A stretch of DNA of 35,924 nt from Candidatus Hadarchaeales archaeon (GTDB taxonomy: Archaea > Hadarchaeota > Hadarchaeia > Hadarchaeales > Hadarchaeaceae), in contig JAVZGN010000010.1 of the NCBI GenBank assembly GCA_038872135.1, positions 1-35,924 on the forward strand, written 5' to 3'. Shown here in pieces: positions 1 to 7,901 of the stretch. The position numbers were made by a program, and so were the translations under genes. Within the stretch, counting starts at the first letter, position 1. Each line of letters starts with the position of its first letter. Under the pieces are notes generated by a model. The model was not told the origin of the DNA. It searched no databases and saw nothing but the letters and a program-made list of their open reading frames with translations.

Positions 1-1
1 A

Positions 2-739
2 GGTGAATGAGTCGGCCAGCCACGTGTGGAATGGGATCATGGCAACTTTTACCATTATCCCTGTGATGAAGAGGGAGAGAGCCAGGACAAGAGAGACTGG
101 AACTGGCTGTCCTGCAGCGGCGTGGGCTGAGAGCTTTGCTCCAAGATCTGCGATGTTCAAACTCCCAACCGAACCGTAGAGGAGGACGATCGATATCAAA
201 ATCATGGAGTTTCCTAGGGATCCCATGAACATGTACTTCAGGGCTCCTTCTATCCCGCCGGCGTCCCGTCTGAAGGAAATCAGAGCATAGGAGGAGATGG
301 ACATTATTTCCAGAAATACAAAGAAGTTGAACATGTCTCCGGTAAGTACAACTCCCATCATTCCGGCGATAGCCAAGAGGCAGAGGGTGTAGAAGAGATC
401 CTTCCTGTGCTCTTCTCCCATGTAGCCGGAGGCATAGATAAAGACCAACAGCCCCAGCCCAGCTATCATTATTGCCATCTGAACTGAAAGGGCGTCCACC
501 GCAAGGACGATTCCCCATGGGGGCGACCATCCGCCAAGCTTGTACACAGTCATTCCATTTTGCCAAACATTGACAGCGACCGCGAAAGCCAGTACTAGAA
601 CAACCACCATCACGGATATTGCCACAATCTCGCACGCTCTGGCTCCATCCCTTTTTCTGAAAATGAGCCAGAGGAGAGGCATTGCAAACGCCGTAAAAAG
701 AGGCAGGACTATCAGGATTATCGGAAAATGTTCTATCAT
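2..739 (-). CDS. mnhD: Mrp/Mbh antiporter subunit D (MnhD/MbhH-like, proton-conducting membrane subunit); 3' end truncated by window edge
   Basis: Not in the ORF track because it has no stop in the window. Manual translation from ATG at 739 (ATGA overlap with the mnhC stop) gives MIEHFPIILIVLPLFTAF...GGWSPPWGIVLAVDALS...GVVLTGDMFNFFVFLEIMSISSYALI...GALKYMFMG...KVAMIPFHTWLADSF, typical MrpD/NuoN-like motifs. Confidence 0.93.
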   Translation of the reverse strand, partial: MIEHFPIILIVLPLFTAFAMPLLWLIFRKRDGARACEIVAISVMVVVLVLAFAVAVNVWQNGMTVYKLGGWSPPWGIVLAVDALSVQMAIMIAGLGLLVFIYASGYMGEEHRKDLFYTLCLLAIAGMMGVVLTGDMFNFFVFLEIMSISSYALISFRRDAGGIEGALKYMFMGSLGNSMILISIVLLYGSVGSLNIADLGAKLSAHAAAGQPVPVSLVLALSLFITGIMVKVAMIPFHTWLADSFT

Positions 740-1092
740 TCACGAAGCCTCCTCATCACAGAGACATCTAGAGTCCCAAAGTGTCTGTAGGCGTAGATGG
801 CCAGGGAAAGGGCGAATGCTAGGACTGAGACATTGATGACAATTGATGTCAGCACAAGGGCTTGGGGGAGAGGATCGACCGCCATGGCCGCAAACTGCGA
901 AATGTCGCCTCCCGTGTAGATAGGTGCGGTGACACCGGCGACGGTTCTGTAGCCCAAACTTATGAGGAAGAGGTGTATTCCATCGGTGAGAACAGAGAGC
1001 CCCATCACCATCTTTATCAGATTCCTTCTCACAAGAAGGCAGTAAAGACCTAAGCCGATGAGCAATGCCGCAAATGTGTAATTGAGGTACAT
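736..1092 (-). CDS. mnhC: Mrp antiporter subunit C (MnhC/MbhG)
   Basis: RNLIKMVMGL and DPLPQALVLTSIVI motifs, three TM segments, operon position. Confidence 0.93.
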   Translation of the reverse strand: MYLNYTFAALLIGLGLYCLLVRRNLIKMVMGLSVLTDGIHLFLISLGYRTVAGVTAPIYTGGDISQFAAMAVDPLPQALVLTSIVINVSVLAFALSLAIYAYRHFGTLDVSVMRRLRE

Positions 1093-1093
1093 A

Positions 1094-1525
1094 TTACTCC
1101 TCCTGCAGAGCCAGCGTCATGGCGTAAATTATCAGAAGAAGCCCCCCGGCCACCTTCAGCCCGACAGCGATGTAGAGGAGGAAGAGAATTTCGGCGCTCA
1201 AAAGCTCCCCAGGTGTCCCGATTGGCAAAAGATTTTGCAGGAACGCTGCACCAGCGACGAGGGCGAAAGCACAGATGGCCATGAGAAAGAAGCTGCCAAA
1301 AATCTCTATCCCCTCCACCTCCTCTGGAACTAGGAGCTTCTTGGGCAACTTTACTCCAAAAGCGAGGATAATTGAAACCACCCCTGCCGCAACCACCGCT
1401 CCTCCGGGAAATCCTCCCCCTGGGCTCAAATGCCCATGGACGATTATGTAGGCCCCAAAGAGGAGGATGAATGGGAAGAGAAGCCTTGCAACTGTCCTGA
1501 CAATCACCGTCATCCCGGCCATCAT
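1094..1525 (-). CDS. mnhB: Mrp antiporter subunit B (MnhB/MbhF)
   Basis: HGHLSPGGGFPGG signature; GLKV motif in the last TM. Confidence 0.93.
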   Translation of the reverse strand: MMAGMTVIVRTVARLLFPFILLFGAYIIVHGHLSPGGGFPGGAVVAAGVVSIILAFGVKLPKKLLVPEEVEGIEIFGSFFLMAICAFALVAGAAFLQNLLPIGTPGELLSAEILFLLYIAVGLKVAGGLLLIIYAMTLALQEE

Positions 1526-1818
1526 TCCTTCCCCCTGAAAGACCTCAGAACTGCAAGCACACCGATTGTCGCTGCAAAGAGGATGGTGGCTTCCCCGAGC
1601 GTATCATATCCCCTGTACCCCCAAACAATGCTTGTAACGACATTTACCGAACCGGTCTGTGAAACCGCATTTTCAAGGTAGACGGTTGCCACTGAGTTTT
1701 CTCCGATTTCCCTCGCCGGAAAAGAGCCGAACGGAGGCAGTGCCAGATGAACTACTAGGAGCAGGAGCAATAGGAGTGCCACAACTGCTGAAGTTGCTAT
1801 TAGCTCTCCCCTCTTCAT
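1522..1818 (-). CDS. mbhE: MbhE-like subunit (MrpA/B fragment) of Mrp/Mbh complex
   Basis: NVVTSIVWGYRGYDTLGEATILF signature. Confidence 0.88.
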   Translation of the reverse strand: MKRGELIATSAVVALLLLLLLVVHLALPPFGSFPAREIGENSVATVYLENAVSQTGSVNVVTSIVWGYRGYDTLGEATILFAATIGVLAVLRSFRGKE

Positions 1819-2054
1819 TCAACCCTCCTCGTCCTGCTTATGGCTATCACAAATAGCAGAGTGCTGAGTCCGGCCCCAACCGCGGCCTGAGTGATGGCGA
1901 TGTCTGGAGCCTGGAGCATGTAGAAAACCGCTGCCAGAGCAATGCTGCCGCCGCCAAGGAAAATTGTCGAATAGAGAAGGTCTCTCACCCTGATGGCCAT
2001 GAAGTAGAAGAGGAATATCACCAGAAGGAGAAAGTCGTGAACCACAGGTTCCAT
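1815..2054 (-). CDS. mbhD: MbhD-like / DUF4040 subunit of Mrp/Mbh complex
   Basis: RDLLYS...LQAPDIAITQAAVGAGLST motif. Start moved to ATG 2054, which follows an SD-like GGAGGGTGA. Confidence 0.88.
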   Translation of the reverse strand: MEPVVHDFLLLVIFLFYFMAIRVRDLLYSTIFLGGGSIALAAVFYMLQAPDIAITQAAVGAGLSTLLFVIAISRTRRVE

Positions 2055-2058
2055 TCTT

Positions 2059-2385
2059 TCACCCTCCATTCTCCCTAAGCTTGTCGACAACGCTGCCCTT
2101 CCAGAGTTTTACCCCTGAGCGGTGGGCTGCCCTTGCGATGGCGTGGGAGCCCACGGGATTGGTCAGAAAGAGAAAAACTGCGATTACAATTCCCTTGAGA
2201 AAAAAAACGCTTGGGCCTGTGGAGATGGTGGCTCCGATTATAAGCATGATTGCGCCCCCGACAACGACCACAGTGTTTGCATGGAGCCTTGTATAAACGT
2301 CCGGGAATCTCACGAGGCCGATGGCGCCTGCGAGAGAGCAGAAGGAACCAATCCCCAAGAATATCCACGAGAGGATCTCGATCAC
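2059..2385 (-). CDS. mnhG: Mrp antiporter subunit G (MnhG/MbhC)
   Basis: GLVRFPDVYTRLHA and LTNPVGSHAIARAA motifs. Confidence 0.93.
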   Translation of the reverse strand: MIEILSWIFLGIGSFCSLAGAIGLVRFPDVYTRLHANTVVVVGGAIMLIIGATISTGPSVFFLKGIVIAVFLFLTNPVGSHAIARAAHRSGVKLWKGSVVDKLRENGG

Positions 2386-2636
2386 GCCTCCACCCTCCTC
2401 CCTTCAAGATATTTAGCTATGACGAGAGTTCCGAGAAACAGCAGCATTGCATAGAGGATGGCAACATCTAGATAAAAATAGGCATTGTAATAAACACCAA
2501 GAATCACGAAAGCCGCGATGAAAAGAGAGGAGATGGCATCAATCGCCACCACGCGGTCGGGAGCAGTTGGTCCTGCTATCGCCCTTATGAGGGCCAAGAA
2601 ACATGCACCAGCGATTATCGCCATGAGCTCAATCAT
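2382..2636 (-). CDS. mnhF: Mrp antiporter subunit F (MnhF/MbhB)
   Basis: GPTAPDRVVAID, YLDVAILYA and FLGTLVIAKYL motifs. Confidence 0.93.
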   Translation of the reverse strand: MIELMAIIAGACFLALIRAIAGPTAPDRVVAIDAISSLFIAAFVILGVYYNAYFYLDVAILYAMLLFLGTLVIAKYLEGRRVEA

Positions 2637-3130
2637 CCAAAGATCCTCCCCACAAATCTTTCAAAACCTGAGGAGATTTCCCTGGCAGCCGCCTCTGGCT
2701 CAGTTGTCTTCACATTTATCCAGTGAACGTAAATTGCTTCATTGCTTACATCAACACTGAGGGTCCCGGGAGTCATCGTGATGGAGTCTGCAACGGCCGT
2801 GATGCCAAAATCCGTCTTGACTTTTATCGGGACTTTGACTATCCCTGGCTTTATTGGCATTTTCGGGTGGATTGCACGGTATATCACGTCTGCGTGGGCT
2901 TTGATCTCCGCCCAGATGTAGTAGGGGATGTACAGCAGAAAATGGGAGAGGCGAGATAGACTGAGCTTCTTCCATCCATCTCCCTGAAAAAGGAGCTGGT
3001 GAGAGGGGAAGGCGATGATGAGCGAGACACAGACACCTGCCAAAACCTCTTCGATATTCGCCGAGGCCGTCAGCGCTAGCCAGAAGCCGAAGAGACATGT
3101 GGCTGTGACTACAAATTTTCCTGAATGCAT
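2633..3130 (-). CDS. mnhE: Mrp antiporter subunit E (MnhE/MbhA)
   Basis: PGIVKVP and ADSITMTPGTLSVD...YVHWI motifs. Start at ATG 3130 is preceded by SD GAGGTG (3135-3140). Confidence 0.92.
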   Translation of the reverse strand: MHSGKFVVTATCLFGFWLALTASANIEEVLAGVCVSLIIAFPSHQLLFQGDGWKKLSLSRLSHFLLYIPYYIWAEIKAHADVIYRAIHPKMPIKPGIVKVPIKVKTDFGITAVADSITMTPGTLSVDVSNEAIYVHWINVKTTEPEAAAREISSGFERFVGRIFG

Positions 3131-3198
3131 GTGACACCTCTTAAAGGGCTTCATTCATTATCCTTTAACTTTTTCGATGACGCGGCTTAACCTGCCTC

Positions 3199-3206
3199 TT
3201 TATAAA
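3199..3206. promoter_or_regulatory. Archaeal TATA box (TTTATAAA, palindromic) in the divergent mnhE / CxxC-x17-CxxC intergenic region
   Basis: TTTATAAA reads identically on both strands. It lies about 24 nt before the structured leader that starts near 3230. Confidence 0.55.
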
Positions 3207-3228
3207 TCTCCACGCAGAGTGTTAAACA

Positions 3229-3290
3229 GCACAACTGGCTTTTCCCGCTGGAAAAGCTGAAGAAACAGGTTTTCTGTTTCTGAGTTGTGT
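3229..3290 (+). ncRNA. Predicted three-way-junction structured 5' leader or sRNA
   Basis: Outer stem CACAACT(3230-36)/AGTTGTG(3283-89) encloses hairpin GCTTTTCC-cgct-GGAAAAGC (3238-57) and hairpin AGAAACAG-gtttt-CTGTTTCT (3261-81). Confidence 0.5.
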
Positions 3291-3314
3291 AAAAAAAGAA
3301 AGGAGAGTTAGGAA

Positions 3315-3485
3315 ATGGCATATGGAAGATATGGCAGGCCAAGGAGATTCGGGCCCCGCGAGATGCACAAAGCTGTTTGTGCCGACTGCGGTGCCGAGTG
3401 CGAAGTCCCCTTCAAGCCTGCAGAGGGTAGGCCAGTCTACTGTAGAGACTGCTGGCAGAAGAGAAGAGGTCAGAGGGGGCCATAA
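3315..3485 (+). CDS. CxxC-x17-CxxC domain small Zn-binding protein (56 aa)
   Basis: Below the ORF-track cutoff. Manual translation: MAYGRYGRPRRFGPREMHKAVCADCGAECEVPFKPAEGRPVYCRDCWQKRRGQRGP*, with the typical REMHKAVC..C...VPF.P..GRPVYC..C pattern. Confidence 0.92.
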   Translation: MAYGRYGRPRRFGPREMHKAVCADCGAECEVPFKPAEGRPVYCRDCWQKRRGQRGP

Positions 3486-3579
3486 AGTTTGGGCCGTCTC
3501 TCAGACTTAAGCTCCTTGCAAAAGTAGTTGAGGGTATCGAGACCAAGAGAGATATAGGCGCAAAGAAAGAAACAATCTG

Positions 3580-4215
3580 ATGGCGCTGAGCATTCCAGTA
3601 ACGGCCCTGAACAACGCTGCAGCTTGTCCGTTCTGCTTCTGGCTCTCGTTGAAGGGCCTTTCTCCGCCCACCTTTCCCCTCCCAGCAGTTTTGACCAAAA
3701 TGGACTCTGTTGTGAAAGATTATATGCGAGGATTTGCTGGAGGAAAGGAGCTGCCCGAGTGGTTTCCGGTGAGGGGAAATTTTCTCGGTGAAAAATCTCT
3801 CAGAGCTTTAGACGAAGAGACGGGGATAACCCTGACCGGGAAGCTTGACGCCCTCGTTGAAGGAGAAGATGGAAGATATCACATAATTGATTACAAAACA
3901 GCTCAGGTGAAGACCGAAACCCCGGGGTATTATCAATGGCAGATGGATGGCTATGCCTATCTCCTGAGTAAAAACCACCTAGTGCCGATAGGGAAGGGAT
4001 ATTTAATTTACTTCATGCCGGAACAGGGAGATCTTTCAGCCCATACGATTACATTCAAGATAACACCAGTGGAGGTAGACGTTGATCCCAGCAGGGTACC
4101 CTCCCTTCTCAAGAAGATAAAGGAAATTGCTGAAAGCACCCGCCCACCGCAACCGGCAGAAGGATGCCAGATGTGCCAGTGGAGAAAAAATCTGAGGGAA
4201 GCTGGACTGATATAA
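3580..4215 (+). CDS. PD-(D/E)XK nuclease, RecB/Cas4-like (not CRISPR-linked here)
   Basis: GKLDAL...IIDYKT...QMDGYAY motifs; N-terminal CPFC and C-terminal CQMC. Confidence 0.85.
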   Translation: MALSIPVTALNNAAACPFCFWLSLKGLSPPTFPLPAVLTKMDSVVKDYMRGFAGGKELPEWFPVRGNFLGEKSLRALDEETGITLTGKLDALVEGEDGRYHIIDYKTAQVKTETPGYYQWQMDGYAYLLSKNHLVPIGKGYLIYFMPEQGDLSAHTITFKITPVEVDVDPSRVPSLLKKIKEIAESTRPPQPAEGCQMCQWRKNLREAGLI

Positions 4216-4217
4216 AC

Positions 4218-5765
4218 TCAGAGATGAATGGGCTTTCCCTTTTTGGGAATTTTCACTCTGGCCCCAAGAATCCTCTTGAAAAGACTCGGGTGCTCTGTGT
4301 GAACTGGGATTACGATGCCCGGGGAAATTGCTTCGACGATTTCCAAGAGTTCGTCGGCGCTCGCATGTCCAGAAGCATGAAATCCCGGCTCAAAAACCGG
4401 GCGACCCCTTCTCATTTGGAACCCCCGCGTGCGCAGGTTGAATTCCTCCAACCACTTCCAAAGCCTCTTGAAATCAAAAACATCCTCCTCGTTGTGGGCC
4501 TCGCTACTTGAATAGATGTAGGTTCCACCGGAAGGCCTAATGTCCAGGAGATTTTTTATGTCCCAGAAGCTGAAGCACAGGATGTAGCGGCCTGGATCTC
4601 TGGCTATTTCTCTAGGGTCTACAAATTTTTCCCCGAACTTCTCCTTAACAACACCCTCCCACCTGAATCTATCCTCTTTAAGCTCCTTGTAAACCATCAT
4701 TTCCTTCATCCTGTCTGTTCCATCCACAGTCCTCACAGCATCGAGCATGTAGGCGTCCTTTGCTAAGACGACCAGATGGCGGCCTGTTTCCTTTGCTATC
4801 GTGAGGAAGGTTTCGAGCCTTTCAAAATTTCTCGGGGAAAAATCTGCGATAACGAGCCCCTTCTCCTCGGAGACTGCTGAAAGACATTTTTCTCGCACAT
4901 TTTCCTCTGACTCTTGTCTCTCCCTCCCCTCACCCATCCTCGTCCCCTCAATTATGAGGAGCCTTGGGTCGAGCTTTGCGGCCTCCTCCACAAACTTCCT
5001 TGTCTTCTCTCCCATTCTCCCGTGAAGCCTTAGGTCCCCCGTGTAGACAATCCACCCGGCATCTGTTTCTATAGCAAAGGCAGCGGCGCCATAGATTGAG
5101 TGGTCGACCTCAAACCCAATCATTGGAAGTGGCGGTTCTTTTGCTTCTTCTATGATGCCGGGATCAAGGGGCCTTCCGGCGGGACAGGACTTCCAGAATT
5201 CCTGGAGTTCTTTAGAGGGTTTCCCAAACAGAAAGAAGTTTCTCCCCACAAAATTTGCCTTCCGGTAGTCTGCGGCCCTGAGGATGCGAGACTCATCGGG
5301 AAGCTGCTCCCTGGGCGTGGAATAGACAACTTCACTGTGGAGCTCAGATCTCCCCGCGTCTCTGTGGGCCTTTAGAATAGCGGCAGACATCGGGGTGCAG
5401 TAGATTGGGATGTCCCTTCTGAGGAGACCTATGCAGCCGGCGTGATCCATGTGAGCATGAGAAAGGAGAAGGGCATCGACCTTCACCGAGTGTAGGCCAA
5501 TGCCCTGGATGTCTGTGGGGAAGATTTCCGGCTGAAAAACATCGATGGGTGGAACGAGACCCATGGCCAAGTAGTCGTGAAGGCCTCTCCCAGACCTCGG
5601 CTTTAAGTATTCCTCGTAGAACTTCTCCATCTGCTTGAAGTTTAAGCCGAAGTCGAGTAGTACTCCCTTCCCGTTAGACTCTATGTGAATCTTGTTGCCG
5701 CCGATGGAGTTCTCGCCATCATAAACGGTGACGGTTGCCGTGGTCTCCCCTGTTGCCTTTTCCAC
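4218..5765 (-). CDS. Metallo-beta-lactamase / beta-CASP hydrolase, RNase J-like
   Basis: IGGNKI, LLDFG, SHAHMDH, VDHS, YTGD, IIEGT, HASGHA and PVHTE motifs. Start uncertain: GTG 5765 chosen to avoid overlap with lipS1; the ORF track extends to 5846. Confidence 0.85.
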   Translation of the reverse strand: MEKATGETTATVTVYDGENSIGGNKIHIESNGKGVLLDFGLNFKQMEKFYEEYLKPRSGRGLHDYLAMGLVPPIDVFQPEIFPTDIQGIGLHSVKVDALLLSHAHMDHAGCIGLLRRDIPIYCTPMSAAILKAHRDAGRSELHSEVVYSTPREQLPDESRILRAADYRKANFVGRNFFLFGKPSKELQEFWKSCPAGRPLDPGIIEEAKEPPLPMIGFEVDHSIYGAAAFAIETDAGWIVYTGDLRLHGRMGEKTRKFVEEAAKLDPRLLIIEGTRMGEGRERQESEENVREKCLSAVSEEKGLVIADFSPRNFERLETFLTIAKETGRHLVVLAKDAYMLDAVRTVDGTDRMKEMMVYKELKEDRFRWEGVVKEKFGEKFVDPREIARDPGRYILCFSFWDIKNLLDIRPSGGTYIYSSSEAHNEEDVFDFKRLWKWLEEFNLRTRGFQMRRGRPVFEPGFHASGHASADELLEIVEAISPGIVIPVHTEHPSLFKRILGARVKIPKKGKPIHL

Positions 5766-5824
5766 CAGAGGAATAAAGCTTTGAGGGCGTTCTTTTAGAG
5801 CCAAAAGGAGCAAAGTATTGTGAT

Positions 5825-6721
5825 ATGCGTGAAGATTTGCGGTCAAGGCTACAACACTCCAGAGGAACTATTTATGCCTGCTATCCCCATCCCTTTTATC
5901 CAACTATTTCAATAACCGGCCATGGGTGCAGGCTAGATTGTAAACACTGCAACAGACAGTATCTCGAGCAGATGCTCCCCTGCCCCTTCCCAGACCTCCT
6001 CTACAAAACCTGCGTGAAGCTCGCGGAGAGGGGGGCGAAAGGGGTTCTGCTGAGCGGTGGTTGCAACGAAAAGGGATATGTGCCCTATGAAAGATTCATT
6101 GATGCCATTGCCGCGGTTAAAAAAGAGACAGGACTTTTCCTGAGTGCCCACACCGGCCTTCTCCCGGAAAACCTAGCTGCTGAGCTTGGCCGGGCGGGGG
6201 TTGATCTCGTTGATTTTGACCTGGTGGGGAGCGATGAAACAATAAAAAATGTCTTCGGGTTGGAGAAGAAAGTTGAAGATTTTGTTGAAGCAATGAAAAT
6301 TCTCAAGAAGAATGTTGGGGAAGTTGTGCCGCACATCTGCATAGGACTTGATGGGGGAAAGATAAAGGGAGAATTCAGGGCTGTGGAGCTGGCGGCAGAG
6401 ATAAACCCGCGGCTCCTCGTCTTTCTCGTCCTAGTTCCAACTTCCAGGACTCCCTTTGAAAATATAAACCCGCCATCGCCGGAAGATGTTGGAAAAATCG
6501 TGAAATGGGCGAAAGAAAAACTTCCAGAAACCGAGCTTGCGCTTGGCTGCATGCGACCAAAAACCGTAAGGAGAGCGGAGGTCGAAATCTCAGCGATCCT
6601 CAACGGGGTGAGGAGGGTTGTGATGCCCTCGAGAGAAACGTTGGACTGGGCCCAGAAAAATGGCTTTCAAATGAAAAGGGTTGATGCGTGCTGCTCTGTT
6701 CCTCTGGGGGTTAGATGGTGA
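5825..6721 (+). CDS. lipS1: Radical SAM protein, archaeal lipoyl synthase subunit LipS1-like
   Basis: CRLDCKHC radical SAM motif plus GCMR and C-terminal CC (DACCS), the LipS1-type motifs. Adjacent to the LipS2-like gene. Confidence 0.8.
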   Translation: MREDLRSRLQHSRGTIYACYPHPFYPTISITGHGCRLDCKHCNRQYLEQMLPCPFPDLLYKTCVKLAERGAKGVLLSGGCNEKGYVPYERFIDAIAAVKKETGLFLSAHTGLLPENLAAELGRAGVDLVDFDLVGSDETIKNVFGLEKKVEDFVEAMKILKKNVGEVVPHICIGLDGGKIKGEFRAVELAAEINPRLLVFLVLVPTSRTPFENINPPSPEDVGKIVKWAKEKLPETELALGCMRPKTVRRAEVEISAILNGVRRVVMPSRETLDWAQKNGFQMKRVDACCSVPLGVRW

Positions 6722-7668
6722 AGGTGAGGGTGGCTTTCGGGACCGAGGTTCTGCTGGGGCTCAGAATGGGTAGACTTGAAGTAGCACCTACAACTGCTCA
6801 CTTTCTCACCTACTTTGAAGGGAGGTGCTCAGCCGGCTGCGCCTTCTGCCCTCAAGGGAGAAACAGCCTTGGCGATCTCAACATGCTCTCGAGGGTCCTT
6901 TGGCCGTCCCACGAGCTTGAAAAGGTTCTGCCTGCACTCAAAAATCGAGAATTCAAAAGGGTGTGTATCCAAGCCGTGAACTTTCCTGGATTTTTCGAAG
7001 ATGTCCTAACTCTTGTGGAAAAAATCAAGGAGGTGTCCAGTGCCCCAATTTCCATTTCATCGCCTCCTGTGGGAAAAGGAGAGATGAGGAAGTTGAGGGA
7101 AGCGGGTGTTGAGAGGCTATGCATCCCCCTAGACGCCGTAACAGAAAAAATCTTTGTAAATGTCAAAAATGGCTACAGATGGGATGCTCACCTTTCAACA
7201 CTTTTTTCGGCGAGAGAAATCTTCCCAGGAGTTACCTCCCACCTCATTGTCGGTCTCGGGGAAACTGAGGAGGAGGTAGCAAAGCTAATCCAGCTCCTCA
7301 CCGATAGAAAAATCACGGTGGGGCTCTTCGCTTTTACGCCGATAAAAGGAACGCCACTTGAAGGGAGGAAACCGCCCGAGCTTTCTGTCTACAGAAGGGT
7401 TCAGCTTGCAAGATATTTGATCCAGGAGAGAATGGTGAGAGTTGAGGAGATGGAGTTCGAAAATGGGAAAATCAAAAACTTTTCTCTGCCTCCTGAAGAA
7501 CTTCTCAGAGTAGTGCTTACAGGCACTCCATTCATGACCTCGGGATGCCCTGGATGCAACCGCCCATTTTACAATGAGTCGCCTAGTGGGCCGATCTACA
7601 ATTATCCGAGGCCTCTGAGCACCGAGGAAACAAAAGCCATCGCAAAACTTCTGTCTATCTCTCCATGA
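6715..7668 (+). CDS. lipS2: Radical SAM protein, archaeal lipoyl synthase subunit LipS2-like
   Basis: CSAGCAFC radical SAM motif and TSGCPGCNRP, which matches TxGCPxC(N/D)RP. Overlaps the lipS1 stop. Confidence 0.82.
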   Translation: MVKVRVAFGTEVLLGLRMGRLEVAPTTAHFLTYFEGRCSAGCAFCPQGRNSLGDLNMLSRVLWPSHELEKVLPALKNREFKRVCIQAVNFPGFFEDVLTLVEKIKEVSSAPISISSPPVGKGEMRKLREAGVERLCIPLDAVTEKIFVNVKNGYRWDAHLSTLFSAREIFPGVTSHLIVGLGETEEEVAKLIQLLTDRKITVGLFAFTPIKGTPLEGRKPPELSVYRRVQLARYLIQERMVRVEEMEFENGKIKNFSLPPEELLRVVLTGTPFMTSGCPGCNRPFYNESPSGPIYNYPRPLSTEETKAIAKLLSISP

Positions 7669-7810
7669 GCTTTTCATCAAACTTTGGGTGGCCGTTGTTC
7701 GGGTAGCGGCACTGGGGGCAGAGGTTCTGCTCATAATCGAGCATCAGCGGATACTGGTAGTAGAGGCCGCATTTCCCGCAAATGGTGTTGAGAGGCTTTG
7801 GGACATCCAT
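7655..7810 (-). CDS. Small Zn-ribbon hypothetical protein (~51 aa)
   Basis: MDVPKPLNTICGKCGLYYQYPLMLDYEQNLCPQCRYP... has two CxxC pairs. ATG 7810 directly follows GAGGAGG. The longer ORF-track start overlaps the upstream gene. Confidence 0.55.
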   Translation of the reverse strand: MDVPKPLNTICGKCGLYYQYPLMLDYEQNLCPQCRYPNNGHPKFDEKLMER

Positions 7811-7815
7811 CCTCC

Positions 7816-7896
7816 TCATCCCCATGATTCTATTGCTCTCACTATCGCTGCCAGCGCCTCGGGATCTGCCTTCAATCTCACCTGAAGACCTCTCAT
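7816..7896 (-). CDS. Putative 26-aa small protein
   Basis: MRGLQVRLKADPEALAAIVRAIESWG*. A perfect SD GGAGGTGA lies 5 nt before the ATG, and the ORF fills the gap between the flanking genes. Confidence 0.4.
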   Translation of the reverse strand: MRGLQVRLKADPEALAAIVRAIESWG

Positions 7897-7901
7897 CGCT
7901 C

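Noticed and set aside
3238-3290. Hammerhead ribozyme (CTGAAGA matches CUGANGA between two stems)
   Set aside because: The required GAAA after stem II is absent; TCTGAG follows instead.
3322-3510. 62-aa ORF from the track
   Set aside because: It is an alternate frame of the real CxxC-x17-CxxC gene (3315-3485).
5825-7668. Biotin synthase (BioB) annotation
   Set aside because: The proteins carry LipS1/LipS2-type Cys motifs, and no other bio genes are in the window.
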